IMG/VR virus record: IMGVR_UViG_3300049846_001037
Span: 141,427 to 205,426 of that record
Length of the DNA stretch: 64,000 bases
Direction: 5' to 3' (one strand)
Below the pieces are notes generated by a model. That model was not told the origin of the DNA. It did not search any database and worked only from the letters and a program-made list of their open reading frames with translations. Position numbers and translations under genes: made by a program. Below are positions 21,732 through 35,000 of this stretch, in pieces (the stretch's first letter is position 1; each line of letters opens with the position of its first letter).

Positions 21732-22448
21732 TTACTTAACTGGTTCTTCCTCTTTCTCCTTCTTTGAAACTGGAGCATAGAAGGATGTAGCTGCGAAGGA
21801 CATCTCGGCACTAGCCAGATTGACAGCGTAGTTTGAGATGGCGTTGGCGTTAGAGGCAAAGGCTCTCAAGACACCCTTTGAGGAGTGGCTGTCGAATGTT
21901 GCCATGTTGCCCACGCTCATGCGAGTCCTCGTGCTGACCTTGCTGAGATCCTGATTTGCACCAAGATAGGAGAAGGTCCAACGCTTGGTCTCATTCATCT
22001 TGCCGATGGCCGCAGCAAGGGACTCACTGTTATACTTCTTCGATGAGTTCTCTTCACCATCGCTGACCACAATGACCAACGAGGAAGTGTTCTCTTCGTT
22101 GATGTCCTTGCGCTCTTTGAGCTGGTCGATGGCATGACCTACGGCGTCGTACATGGCCGTGTTGCCATTGGGAATGTAATCCTCGCTGGTGATCTCTTTC
22201 AGCTTGTCAAGTGGGATGTGGGCAAAGACCGTCTGGACATCGCCACTGAACTTGATGAGCGAAACAAACGTGTCAATGTCTTCGGACTTGCTGCCGAAGT
22301 CCTTCTTGATCTGCTGGATCTGCTCATTGATGCCGGTGATGGTGGCATCTCTCACACCCGCCATTGAACCACTCTCATCAATGACAAACGTGATGTATGA
22401 AACCTTCTTAACCTTTTCTTTCGGCTTGATGAAATTATCTCTCTTCAT
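21732..22448 (-). CDS. von Willebrand factor A domain protein
   Basis: MIDAS motif DESGSM, TAMYDA, VVSDGEENSS, FSYLGANQD. Confidence 0.85.
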   Translation of the reverse strand: MKRDNFIKPKEKVKKVSYITFVIDESGSMAGVRDATITGINEQIQQIKKDFGSKSEDIDTFVSLIKFSGDVQTVFAHIPLDKLKEITSEDYIPNGNTAMYDAVGHAIDQLKERKDINEENTSSLVIVVSDGEENSSKKYNSESLAAAIGKMNETKRWTFSYLGANQDLSKVSTRTRMSVGNMATFDSHSSKGVLRAFASNANAISNYAVNLASAEMSFAATSFYAPVSKKEKEEEPVK

Positions 22449-24286
22449 TACCTTTCCTCCAGGAGTGAACGTGCATAATTATACCAATGGTTTTGGTATG
22501 GGTCTAACATTTGTTTGGGTTGTTTTAGAAAGTGATAGTGATGGATCCGTCTGATGAGACTGTGATTTCTGATGGGGAGATTGATGACTTGGACAGGCGA
22601 TTGATTGTGACATTTTCGCCATCGATAAGGAGGGTTACTTCTCTTTCTTGTGTTTCATAGTTCTCGTCCTCTACTTCTGCATAGAGGCTGAGTGTTTGCG
22701 AAAAGACTATTGGGCTAATCTCTTTGACTCCCCAACCTCTAACATCGAGGTCGAGTTTCCATTTGAGATTTGCTTGACCCTGGAATCTTTCGCCATTCCT
22801 TTCACTGACAACTTTAACGGGTGTTGAGAAAGTCCAATCATCGGACTGAGCCATCTTCCTTAGGGCCGCAATCTGCTTGATTGTTTTTCTGTAATCTTTT
22901 TTGGCCAATGTTGGGGAGGCACTTGACTGCCACTCCTTCACGAGATTCTTTTTTGTCTTGTCCCAAATCTGATTCAGAAAAGTGTTATTACTGATCTGCT
23001 TCCTGAGCATCCAAGTTCCATCTGGCCTTTGCTGGACAGATGGCTTATATTGGTCGGGAGCAGGGACTTCGTTGCCCTGAGCAGGCGCAGGACGAGAGGA
23101 CCGGTCTTGGTAGGCAAGTCCTGTATCTGGGTTCCACATGTCTGGTCTGGCTGAAATTATTTTGCTCATACAATAATAGCAAAATATAAAAAAATGCCAT
23201 TATTGCTAACTGAATGAAACGCTGCCTTCGTCCTTGATGATCGCCCTGAGGTTACGCCAACTGGAGGCTTTGAAGGTCTTGCCAGCCAAATCGGAGTCTT
23301 GGTCTTTCCCAAAACTCACAGAAATATAGGGCTCGGCAATGACCACCTTGCCACCGTGGGAGCCGATGAACTTTCGCATCTCGGCTTCATCTTGCTGGTC
23401 CTGCAGGCGAACTGCTTCTTGCTCTTGGGGTTTAAGCATGACATCCTCCTGTCAACTAAAATCTAGCAAAAACCCAAATACTTGTCAATAGCCCAATTTG
23501 ATTGCGCAACGAAAAAGACCCCACCCGTGAAGATGGGGTCTTTTCCCTTTATTTACTGGGCCAAAACCTGTTTGGCCACTGAGACGGTCTTCTCGAAGAC
23601 GGGGGTCACGGTAGCCTTCTTCTCAGCCTCGAAAGCCGAAGCAAAGCCATCCATCGAGATGTGGGAGTTAGCCCAGCCAGCCAGATCCATCTCAGCCTTC
23701 ACGAACTCGTTGAACTGAGCGATGAATTCGGGGTTCGAATTCAGCTTGTTCAGGGTCTCCCCGCTAGGGTCGGTCAGAGCGGCGACCACGTTCTGCATCA
23801 ACAGGCTACGCATGACTTCCTCCTGAGTTTTAGTTTACGAGACAACTATAACACCCCAGGATCCTACTTGTCAAGCCCCTTCTTATACCAACCTTTGGGT
23901 TGCCTCAAAGTAGCGGTCCTGATCACCCATTTTAAAGAAAAACCTTTCATTTTGAAGGCCTAATTCCTGTATCTTCTGACGAGCCGCCTCATTGACACCC
24001 TCAGGCCCGCCAAGCGGAACAGTGAAAATGTTGCCATGCTCATTGTATCTTCGGAAAGCAAAAACAACATCCTCAGAGGTTCTTTCCTTCTTATGGGGAT
24101 TTACCTCACTAGGATTGCCAGCGCTTTTTGAGACCACTTCCTTCTGCACTATGATGGCATTGGGTGGCAACTGGTTTCCAGGAATCGAGGAGTCGGCGGT
24201 CTTGTAAATAAATTTGCTGTAATCCATGTGAAAGTTCTCCGTGTTTTAAGTAAGATATCTATATATCACTAGCTTTTTATAAAAGG

Positions 24287-25009
24287 TTGCCTGTGGAAAA
24301 TACCATCAAACTAATGGAAGCCAACGACTGGTTCCCCACCGTCAAAGATGAGTCGGTTCAACTCTTCGTTTTGGACCCACCCTACAACGTTGGCTATGGC
24401 TACAATACCTTCAAAGATCGCAAGAAGCAATCTGATTATATCATGGAACAGGTCGAGATCCTACGCCAGTGTAGCAAGAAGCTCAAGGAAGGCGGCAGCA
24501 TCTTCTACCTGAACTATCCTGAGAGCGCTGCTGACGTATGGGCCAACGTCAACTTTCTGACCCGCTTCGAGATCATCACTTGGATCTACAACGTCCATTC
24601 TTCTGGTTCACCCGTCCGTAAAGCAACGAGGAGCTGGCTCTGGTTTTCTAAGGGAGACCCACTCATCAACCAGTCTGCTTTCGATGGTGAGTACCAGAAC
24701 CCAACCGACAAGCGTGTAGCCCAGAGAATCAAGGACGGCTTCAAACCTGCAGGCTATGACTGGTGGGAGATTCAGCAGGTCAAGAACGTCAGCAAGGAGA
24801 AGCGTGATCATCCTTGCCAGTTGCCAGAGAAGATGGTTGAGAAGATCATCTTGGGAGCATCTAACCCAGGCGATCTAGTCTGCGATGTCTACAGTGGTTC
24901 GGGCACCACAGCCATTGCAGCCATCAAGAACGGCAGGAAGTTTGACGGCTGCGATTTGGACAAGAAGTATGTTACTGAGTCAAACAACTTCCTCAAGACC
25001 CTAAAGTAA
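24287..25009 (+). CDS. DNA methyltransferase (N4-C/N6-A, beta class)
   Basis: DPPY precedes DVYSGSGTT; HPCQLP motif. It reads TTG CCT GTG GAA... on the PLUS strand with TAA at 25007-25009, so the minus label in the ORF track is wrong. Confidence 0.9.
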   Translation: MPVENTIKLMEANDWFPTVKDESVQLFVLDPPYNVGYGYNTFKDRKKQSDYIMEQVEILRQCSKKLKEGGSIFYLNYPESAADVWANVNFLTRFEIITWIYNVHSSGSPVRKATRSWLWFSKGDPLINQSAFDGEYQNPTDKRVAQRIKDGFKPAGYDWWEIQQVKNVSKEKRDHPCQLPEKMVEKIILGASNPGDLVCDVYSGSGTTAIAAIKNGRKFDGCDLDKKYVTESNNFLKTLK

Positions 25010-25356
25010 CTACTCCTCTTCCTCTTCTTCCTCAACCTGATCCAACGCATTGGATACCAACGGAAAGATGGTATCCAATTTTTCTTTTGCGTCTTCCCCG
25101 TTAGAGTTGCTTGGGTCGGAAATGGTCTCAACCATGTCAACGACCTGAAAGAGCGCCTGATATCTGTCTACAAGTCCAGGCCGCTCTGCAAAGGCTACGT
25201 CAGTCACAGTTCTTCTCTTGATGTTGTTTGAATCTGCCCCTTCGTCTAACTCGTTGGCTATATAGTCATCAACCTTGGCAACCATGATGTCGGCTGGCAA
25301 CTCAATGATGTACTCAACGACAACCTTTACCTCAGCCTTGTTTGACATTTGAACTC

Positions 25357-27906
25357 CTATTTGTTCAACGCTTTGATAGCTGCCCCTACTGCTGTGTCCA
25401 ACTTTGTATGTAGCTCTGTCAAAGTGGAGAAGGTAAAACTTTTCTGATAACCCTTTCCGTCGCTGCCTTCGATGTCTGAAAACACGTATATCTCAGGCTT
25501 CTTGATGTCGAACTTCTTGTGGGTACTGGTTGGATTATAGTAATAAACCTTTACAATGAATGAGAAGTCCCAACGAGTCTGGTAGTCTGATTCCAACTCA
25601 GAAAGATGCTCTGCCACTCTTGGAAGGTTCATTTGATACAAGTTGTGGTAGTCAATCTTATCATCGGGGACATCTTTCAATTCGCCAGGGAATGCTACCT
25701 TTACCTCTGCAATGGCATCCTTCGTGCACTCTGCCGATATTTCGCTCAACTTCTTATGTAGGCTTCCTGGGTACTTACCAGAAGAAAGCATGTCGTTTGC
25801 GGTTGTATGTCCTATTAAACCAAAAGCGCCGTTGACGTGGGACCAGAATCCACTGCGGCTCTGCCACTCAAGTTCAAAGTTATCCTCGTTTATCTCGTCT
25901 TCATTGAAAAAGTCAGCCAAAGAACAGAAAGAATCAGCGTGTTGGTTTAAGACCGATTTGATGACAATAGCAATATTGGGATTGCTCTCTATGTCATCAA
26001 GAGGTAAGTCTCTTAGATTCTCCTTGTCCTGAGCAGCCTTCTCAGCAGCCTGCTGTTCTGCAAGCTCTTTATTGGTCGTCAAGAGGTCGGCTCTTCTGAA
26101 TGAGATGATCATCGGGGCTCCAACCAATTCTCAGCTTCGTTAAGTACCACTGGATTTGACATGTTGTGGTCGGCTAAATCTGCCTCTTGTGACTTGACTA
26201 CACTAACCTCGTAGCTGCCATCACCCCTAATAGCCTGAACAACGCCATCAAACTCTGTCCCAAAATACTTAAACTTGACCTCGCTGCCTGCTGGGAACTT
26301 GGCATCCATAATCTTGTAGGTGGCATAGACAGCACCGGAGGGCAATACTCCGCCAGATAACTTTCCCTTGTAATAATAGGGAGCCATAGAGTTCAGCGTG
26401 TTACCTACGGCATCTAGGGTATTCTTGTAAATGTTCCTCTCTCTAGCTGGAACTGGCATGGCATATTTGTTGGAGTCAACATCTACCTCTCCAACAGAAT
26501 TGACAGTCCAAGACCTTTCTAGGTTAGCCATGATCGTAACAAGAAGGTGTTGCATAAATGCGCTAACCCTAGTGGTACTGATTTTTGAATCAACGCTATC
26601 ACCCTCTGGACCATTGTAAATGACAAGCGTAAGACGGACCAATCTCTTGTCCTCATCTACCTTCTTTAAGAGGTCGGCTTGTCTGTAAGAAATCATTGGG
26701 TGATGAACTCCGTCATGATGATCATGGTCTTATCGTTACGTCCTTGCATGGGCTCAATATTGACCATGATGAAACTGCTCTTGTGTATCTGCTTGAATGA
26801 TTCACAGACTCTCTTTATGACTTCATTATACTGCGAATTCACATCGTCGCCCAAGGCTTTCGTGTATAAGCCGTTGCCCTCTCGGTGCAGCCCATTCTCA
26901 ACCAGCGCTATCTTGAAGCTGTTTGCCATGTCGTCATTGCGGAGGATATCATATATGTCAAAGTAAACAATGGACTGCCAACCACCGTTGACAGACCTAG
27001 TGCCTCTTGTGGCATTGACATAGTACTCCTCATGCCTCTTGCTTATTTGTGATTCTACTGTTCTCATTTTTAGGTTTGCTTCTATTCCTCTGTCCTTAAT
27101 TTCCTCTTCATCAAATTTGAAGTTCTGATTGCGCCTCAAGTCCCTGATGTCTATAGGGAAGTCATTGGGCTTAGTGCTGATCTCTCTGGTCAAGATGGCA
27201 TCCCTTATGAGGTTGCCGCTGCGGTTGATATCGAAGACTACGTAAAATGATGGCGTGTGTATCCTGACCCAGTTTTGTTTTACCAACTCAAAGGATGGAG
27301 TCTCGCCCATACCCCTCTTGATGTCTGCCCTTATGGAGTCAGCGCTCGGCAAGTTATATCCCTTCTTCTGTAGCCACTCATAATGATCAAGCATCCACTC
27401 GGCATGAGTCATGTCGTTGACTGGATAGACGTTACCACTGGGATCGATCCAACCTGAATAGTTGACTCGACCCATCGTGGGGTTGCCTAAGCTTCTGAGT
27501 GAGATTGTTATCATGCCTTTGAGAATGTAAAAAGAATGGATTTGTCTACGTTGGAAACTTCCATTGTTGCATCTCCGAACCCCAATCTTGCGGCAATACC
27601 ACTAACAAGACCCTGGGCGTACTTTCGTCCTCTTTCTAGGTCGTAAGATGGAAAGTTCTTGTAGATGTTATTGGCTGAACTCTGGGGTATCTCGAACTTA
27701 TTGAACGCAAGGATATCTCTCATGAAATCTGACATCCCTTGATTGACAAACTCTGGATAATTACCCATCCATTTGCCGTCAACAATCTGCGCCACCTCTG
27801 GCCTAAAGGCTATCTGCACACCCTTATCACCTTCGACAAAGCCAATGATGCCGTAAGTCTTGGGATTTAAGCTTTCTAAAAGATCGGCGTGGCGGGATGA
27901 TAGCAT
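25357..27906 (-). other. operon of four hypothetical proteins (25357-26112, 26109-26696, 26693-27514, 27511-27906); three share an N-terminal (I/L)S-x-R-x-ADLL motif
   Basis: ATGA-coupled ORFs with N-termini MIISFRRADLL, MISYRQADLL, MITISLRSLG and MLSSRHADLL. Confidence 0.6.
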
Positions 27907-30900
27907 GGTTATGATACTACTTTTTTATAAAAAAGCCCCACCTATTTCGGTGAGGCTTCTTCATTCAATGATATTGTTATACTTACTTGCGTTTGAGGGC
28001 TACCCAGATAATCCCTAGCACCAGCAGGAAAAGCAGCCCATACATCAAACCAAAGGTCAGCTTAGAAAAGACGACCATGACCATGTAATAGAAAGTATGC
28101 GCAATTGTTCCAATGCCGTAACCTACGATGGCTACCAACAAGAACGAAGCAATGATCCATCCCGCCAACTTGTTCATTTAGGATCTCCCAGTAGCAACCT
28201 GCGTATCTTTCCTTCACCTACATGATCAAACCCAGTTCCCTCACAGTAGGGACAGGGGTCTCCAATCTTCTTCTTTGACCCACCATAACCATCACAAGTC
28301 TTACACTTCCACTGCTCAACCATGTAAAGGATGTTGGAGCCTACGTTTGTTCCCAGCCATTGAATGACCGTGTTGGCAACGAACAAGTCTCTCTTGGTGA
28401 CAGGTCCACGAAATGGTCTGCCCCCATCGCCATTGGTCAGAAGAGCAACAAGAGTCTGATGTCCTCTGTTGAACTCAAATGACTTTGCGAACAACCTCTC
28501 ACGTCCGCTGTGTATCTGCTGCAGCCGGTGAGCATCGTTACCCTGATAGGCTTTCTTGACTTTGATGGTCGTAGGCTTCACTTCTTCCCCTTAAACTTCT
28601 TGCATGCTTCTATCTCGCCGTCTTCCAATGCGGCGAAGCAAGGAACGCATTGCCACATCTTCTCTGATTCGAAATATCTCAGGAAGCCAACCTTCTTGCC
28701 GTACTTGCAGGGGTAAATCTTAGCCGTGTCCATGACCTCTGCCGTTGGCGTTACAGCCTGCAATGAGACACACAAAAATAGGGCTTTGAGTATCACGACA
28801 ACCTAGAAGTGATAGATGATACAGGTAAGCCCACCCAAAGCACCAAAGACCATATCCTCGGTTTTGATGTTGCTCTGGTTCTTTTCGGCATAGTAAGCCG
28901 ACACAGCAGTTCCTCCCGCCATACCCAAGAGGAGTTTGCCGATCAAGTACTTGGTTGCCCTGCCATCATTCCACATGCGGTAGGATTGCTCATCTCCCAC
29001 CCAAACCGAGACCAACTTGGCTGTGGTTATTTCGCTTTGTCCAGACATGCCAAGGTAAACATCGTAGAGGGTTGCGCTTGCATAGCCAGACACGTATGCC
29101 CAACCAATGTTTGCGTCATCCCATTTTACGGAGATGTCGGTTGCCGAAAGGTTGGACGAGAAAAGAAGTAGAAACCCTAAGACCCATGCTTTCATCTCAC
29201 AGCCTCTTCCTCTTTCCGCATCCAATGATCAAAAGCCTCAAGGGAAGCCTCAAGCAGTTCTTCCTTGAGTTCTGCGGTGGCATAGAAGTAGTCGAAGCCA
29301 ATGACTGGATGCTTGGGGAAACAGAGGTTGGGTCTCTGCTTGCCACGCATGAGGGCAACGCTGTTGAAGCCCAGTCGGCCCAACTCGTTCTCATAGGCTC
29401 CACTGATGAAGCCAATGATGTTCTCGTTGATGTTGGAGTCTTCGGGTATCGGATGAAACTTTATATTCACAAAACCCATGATATCACCCCTATTCAAAAG
29501 TAATCGCAGCGCCGAAAATCATCGTGGTTAGAGATATTCCAAGGACCACTATTGCTCCTAAGACTCCAAGGAAAATGCTTTTATCTAGCTTAAAGCACTC
29601 CTTGAAGACCATCAACATCTCATGGGCTTCATCTTGCTCTTGCCCAGTGATCTGTTGGATGGCTGTCTGGTAAGCCAAACTGTTCTCGTCCATGTCCTGT
29701 ATCTTGACCAATCTTTCCTCAAGCGACTTCAATGCCTCAAGGTTCTTCTCAAAATCAAGGTCTGGAGTCTTAAGCCAAATGGCGGACGAGGGAGCAAACT
29801 TGTCCTTGTTCTCAGACAACTTACTGTAAAAGGTATGAATGTATTCGCTCTTGGCCTTGATGGTTGATGACTTAACGCCCAGATCCCAGAAACTCTTGTA
29901 GTCACGCTTGTATTCGAAGGATACCATCACGGCGGCTATGCAAAAGTAAGTAAAGCAAATGAGACCAGTGACCATTGCTATGGCTCCCGCAGTGCCACCC
30001 TCGGTTCGTCCATAATTGTCTCTGCGATATGCTGCGATAACAAAAAAGACAAATGATATTGGAAGCAGGATTGATAGTGTGATTGTCAAAGCGTCCATCT
30101 TATTCTCCCTGTTGTTTGTGACCCTCACGGGCCAACCTGACTAACTCGATCATTTCTTGATGCGAAATGTCACTGCCGCCGCCGTCAGAGTCGCCCACCG
30201 AATAGAAGGCGTTGACAGCCACAGCTCTCCAAATCTCGTTAAGCCTCTCGTCCGTCATCTCAAATCCTCCCCAAAGATGCTATCAACATGCCCTAATGCT
30301 GTCAATCGGAATCTGACGAGTAAGTATAACTACTTACCCCAGATGTGTCTCCACAAACCTCGGAAGTTCCTATAAAAACCGATGTCAGTTACAAAGTCAC
30401 TGTAAAAGTCTTTGAAGTAAACCAGCAGGATGACTGGACCAAGAAGAGATGCAAGCAACCCCAAAACCAATCTTGTTACCACTGAGAAATTACGAGACTC
30501 CTCCCACCCAGCAATAAAAGCTGCGGGAAAAGAAACAAGCAGCATTAGGGCATAGCAAGAAACAACCCAAACCAAAAAGACCGGCACCATCACCAAGAGC
30601 AATGCGGCAGAGATAGACCATTGAAAGAATTTCGGATACCTTGGTTGAGTCTGTATTACCCCGAACTCTCTGTTGGGTGTGGCTTCTGCTGCTACCGCTG
30701 TCTCAAAGAGGATCTTATGAGAAAAGCTACCAGCCTCCTGCATCTTTTTAACAGGACGCATGACCTTCTTGATGCCTTTGATGAAATCATTTCTTCTCAT
30801 CGATGATCTCATATCGAGGCTCAAAACCCTTACGGGTCAATTGAGCATTCAATTCCTTGGCCGTCTTGTTATATTGGTCTGTGTAAATGGGAGGACATCC

Positions 30901-31416
30901 CTTGAGAGCCCTTTGGTGACTCATGTTCCTAAGCCATCTGTCTGGATTAGCGGCATCTGAACAAGGCATACAGAAGCCCATGAACTGAGGCTCATATCCA
31001 TCCTGCACCTTTTTCTCGTAATCCACATAGCCGCAAGGAACGCAGGGAGCAATGGAGCCCTTGTAGACCATCGTTCCTGTGGCCAACAGCAACGCCGCCA
31101 GAAATCCCCACAAGGCAACGACCCCAACGATCTCTTTTGTTTTCTTGGTCATATCTCCCCCGTCTTAACGAACTTCTGCAGAACAGGCAACAACATCTTT
31201 ACCTGCTCCTGATTGAGATGCATAGCTCCGTAGTCCACTATCTTGTTGGCGTTCATACCCATTTGAGGTCCAGTCTCAGTGACGCCAATCCATATAGCGG
31301 CCTGAGTAGCCAGAGAAGATGGCTGCAAGATGCACCGCTTCTCATAGCGGTCAATGAACGTGTAATAAGTGCCACCCGTGCTGTCCTTCTTCTTTTTCAG
31401 CGTTGCCTTTGGCGGC

Positions 31417-31686
31417 TTATGCAGGGCTCCCATCTTCTCTCCTTTTTCTGATCAATCTTCCCATGAATCGCCGGTCCACCTGTAGGGCTCCAGCCTCTAT
31501 GGCCTTCTTCTTGTATTCTTGGCTAACGTCAAAGTGTTCCTTTGGCGTTCCTGCATACTGCAACCACTTCCTGCTCAAACCTATCTTGTCAGCCATCGCC
31601 AACAACTCTTCGGAAGTGTCGGCTAACATGTGGCTCATGATCATCCGACCATACTTAGCCTTCATGTCGTCTACATAGACAGCCAT
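31417..31686 (-). CDS. DUF4031-like protein
   Basis: MAVYVDD...SHMLADTSEELLAMADKIGLSRKWLQ...HFDV. Confidence 0.7.
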   Translation of the reverse strand: MAVYVDDMKAKYGRMIMSHMLADTSEELLAMADKIGLSRKWLQYAGTPKEHFDVSQEYKKKAIEAGALQVDRRFMGRLIRKRREDGSPA

Positions 31687-32015
31687 TACTTTGCCGTTGA
31701 ACTGACAGCCTCAGGTGTAGCTATGGCCGTGGGCGTGAAGGTCGGCTGAGGCGTAGATGTGGGTCGGGGTGTGGGCTCGTATTTCACAACCGCCTGACAG
31801 ACCTGCCTTCTGTGATAGATGGTGAATCCGTCTTTTTTGTCAAAGGTAGAAACACTCACCGAGCCGAAAGGTTGCCAGCCCGCCTTGATCATTTCATTGG
31901 TCTCTGTCGTCACGGATTCTTCATCCCAGCCACAGACAGCCTTGTAGGCGGTTATCTTCTCAGCCAGTAGCGGTGCAGCCACAGCAAGAATCAAGAACAA
32001 GATAGCCTTTTTCAT
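31686..32015 (-). CDS. secreted DUF1737-like protein
   Basis: Signal peptide followed by NEMIKAGWQPFGSVSV...CQAVVK. Confidence 0.55.
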   Translation of the reverse strand: MKKAILFLILAVAAPLLAEKITAYKAVCGWDEESVTTETNEMIKAGWQPFGSVSVSTFDKKDGFTIYHRRQVCQAVVKYEPTPRPTSTPQPTFTPTAIATPEAVSSTAK

Positions 32016-35000
32016 TTACGCCTCCTTGATGATGATGAGACTGTCATCGCTCCAACCATGCATGAGGTTGGCATTGAAGAGGGCAGCATATTCCCCATCT
32101 CTCCTGCGCTGACCCTTCTTCCACGCCAGCGAATAGAGGGGCGTTCCATCGCAATCCCTGTCGTGGGAAGCAATGTAGCCCCTGACACCATGACTGTCGT
32201 GGTAGTCACAGTTGACCTCAACCAGAGTATCCAGAGGAATCTTGTGCTTGATCTCCAGATTGTTCTGCCTGACGGTCTTGCCATTGGCTTCAACAACATC
32301 GCTGATGCTCATGACTCTCATTTGCCACGCTCCAAAAAGAACAGGGAAGTACCTGGGTCTTCTATGCCCTTGCGGAGAAGTCTCATCTTATAGACCTCAT
32401 CCTCTATCTCTAACCATGCATTCCAGTAAACCAGCCTGACACCTGACTCTCTCAACTCAATGGTGTGACCATAGAGACGAGACTCTTTGAAGCCACAGAT
32501 TTCCTTCATGTGTTCAAGCTCTTTACCTTCTAAGCCCTGCAGCGTCTTACGGATGTGCTGCTTCATCAGCCGCCGATACCATCTCAGGGCTACGAACTGC
32601 TCTATCTTATAGAGAGCAATCCTGTAATAGAAGGCAATCTTGCTTAGACGCATGTCAGTAGCTAGCTCTGCTGCTTCGCCCTCTGCGACCCTCACCATAA
32701 GCCCCACCGCCATAGGTGCGACGGCGCTGACTCTCACTGCTAGTGGGAGTTGGAGTGGCCTCCCTCTTTTCCTTCTCTACCTGACCAGGGCTCTTGAGAT
32801 AGGGGTCAGGCTTCTTGCCCAATCGCTTTTCCATCTCATCTCCTACTGAGGTTCAACATTGACTTGGCAATCATACCTTTGCCCGTTCTTGCAGTCGTAG
32901 AGATACATGCCGCAATAGGCCGTGCCCATGCCAGCACACTCCACGATGGTCCCCGATGCCAGCCGATACTTGTGGTATCTGGAAGGATCCGATGGCATAT
33001 CACCCCAACCCTGATAAGCCCCATAGACACAGAAGCCTAAAAAGGCCGCTATACCCAGAATGGTCCAAGCCAATGCTTTTAGAAATTGTTTCACACTGAC
33101 CTCATGAGGGTATTGATATATTCCTTGGCCTTGCCGTAGCCCCAAGCATGGATGTACTTCTCATCCTTAGTCACATCCTCTTTGGGGAAGAGTGTCTTGG
33201 CATCGCTCTGGATGTTGGTCTGAGACCAGTCAATCATGATGACCCTTCGCCGCCAACCGATCTTGATGGGGCCTCGTGCTGTCGTCACCTCAAACCAAGG
33301 ATAGTGAGGACGGTCCCCATATTCCTCAGGTATCTCCTTGACATAGATGGGTTGCTGAAAGCAATCCAAAAGGTCAGCCTTCTCCCGCTTGATGTCTTCT
33401 TGAACCTCTGGGTCCAGCAGCTCGCTCTGAATCGACACGAATTCAGAGATCTTCTCACACATCTCTGACAGCAGGTTCTCCTCGTCTTTGGTCATCTTAC
33501 GCCCGGCCGCAATATGGATCTGGACGCCAAGCCTTCTGTTGCCAAAAGACTCGATGGAGGCTACCTTCTTGTACTTGAGACCTTTGCTCATGATGAAACT
33601 CCTTTGGATTCCAAAATCTCCAGAGCCCTGGTTCGCCGGTCCTGAGCATCGGCGTGATAATCGTCCCACGAATCAATGAGCCTTCGCCTCATCAGCGGGG
33701 TGAAAAAGATACCAGCAGCCGTGAAAGCCTGATGTAGCTCCTTGGCTTCTTCGTCAGTTAGCGTAATCACATCGCCCCCATCATCGTAAAAATCATCGTG
33801 TCATCGCTACTACTAGGCTCAACATACTTCATGTGCCATGCCACAAGGTTGCAGCCCTTTCCATCACTGGCTACCAGCACCTTGTTGCCTTCAAAGAGAT
33901 TGGTTCTTACCTCAAATGAAGCCTCGTAAGACTTGCCATTGTCCTCAGTCCACTGCACCCTAGCCACCCAACACCTAGCCGTCTCAATGACCTTGATGAC
34001 AGTGGCTTCATAGATCTTGTCACCAGCATCAATATGATGCTTCTCGTAAGCCAATACTCCAGAGATGGCGAAGCGTGGCTTTACATCATCTTTGGGAAAA
34101 CGCCAGTAGATCTTCGTTTCGTAATTCCCAGGCCTCATCCAGATGTTGGTGTCGAAGGTCGTCTCATAAGTCCGCTTATCATCTATCTTGACCCTATAAG
34201 TCGTCTCATAGTGATCGTCAACCCTGACACACTTGACAACGGGAGCCATCACAGAGTCTTTCCACTCAGGAAAATCCCCACAGCCAGTCAGCAGAAGGAA
34301 GCAAAGCCCAATGACGAACTTCGCCTTGAAGGCCCAGTCCCAGCGAATGAATTTCCACTCATAGTGAACATCAACCCTATCGCCAGTCATTTCTTCCTCT
34401 TCTTGGGAGCAGTCTTCTTGGGAGGATGCAGGTCTATCTTGATGCCCGTTCTCTTAACCCAAGCCTCATGACTCTCCAAGGGTTCATCTAATGGTCCAGG
34501 CGTTAACTTCTCGGACTTCTTCTTGGACTTCTTCTTGTCTTTCATTAAAGACTTCAGGCCGCCCCAAAGGAGCATCAATAGCACCAGCGGCACAAAAATA
34601 GGCCATGCAGGAGCCAGCAGGGTATTGTCACCCAGCGGGTCAGGGTCAATCTCTTCCATGAGCATCACAAAGGCAAAGCAGCCAGCAATCCAAAGCAAAA
34701 ACCAGAACATGTCTTCTCCTAGAAGTTGATGTATCGCCGCCAGCGGGGAGTCTTCATCATCCGGTCCTGCCAGTTCTCATAGAAGGGCTGGAAGAAAGGA
34801 TGTTTTCGGAAAAGGGGATTCTCCAACTCCGCATGACAGCCGCCACAGAACATGGTCTTGTGGTCGAACCTCTCGTGTGGGAAATGCAGTCCCACCACAC
34901 AGAGCAGTCTGCTGGCCTTGTAGTTCAAGATCTTGGAAAGCCTCGTCTTCTCGAATTCGCTCTGCTTGTCCCGAACCCATTCCCACGACCCTACCGCATG

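Larger units (their letters stand above)
7981..27931 (-). promoter_or_regulatory. putative second (middle/late) promoter class T(T/C)TATA-N9-TA
   Basis: Copies at 7981-8001, 8794-8814, 13078-13098, 19415-19435, 21645-21665, 23170-23190 and 27911-27931 (minus) and 45735-45755 (plus). All are intergenic and upstream of gene starts. Confidence 0.6.

Noticed and set aside
24287-25009. Minus-strand label for the methyltransferase in the ORF track
   Set aside because: The listed protein is read directly from the plus strand.
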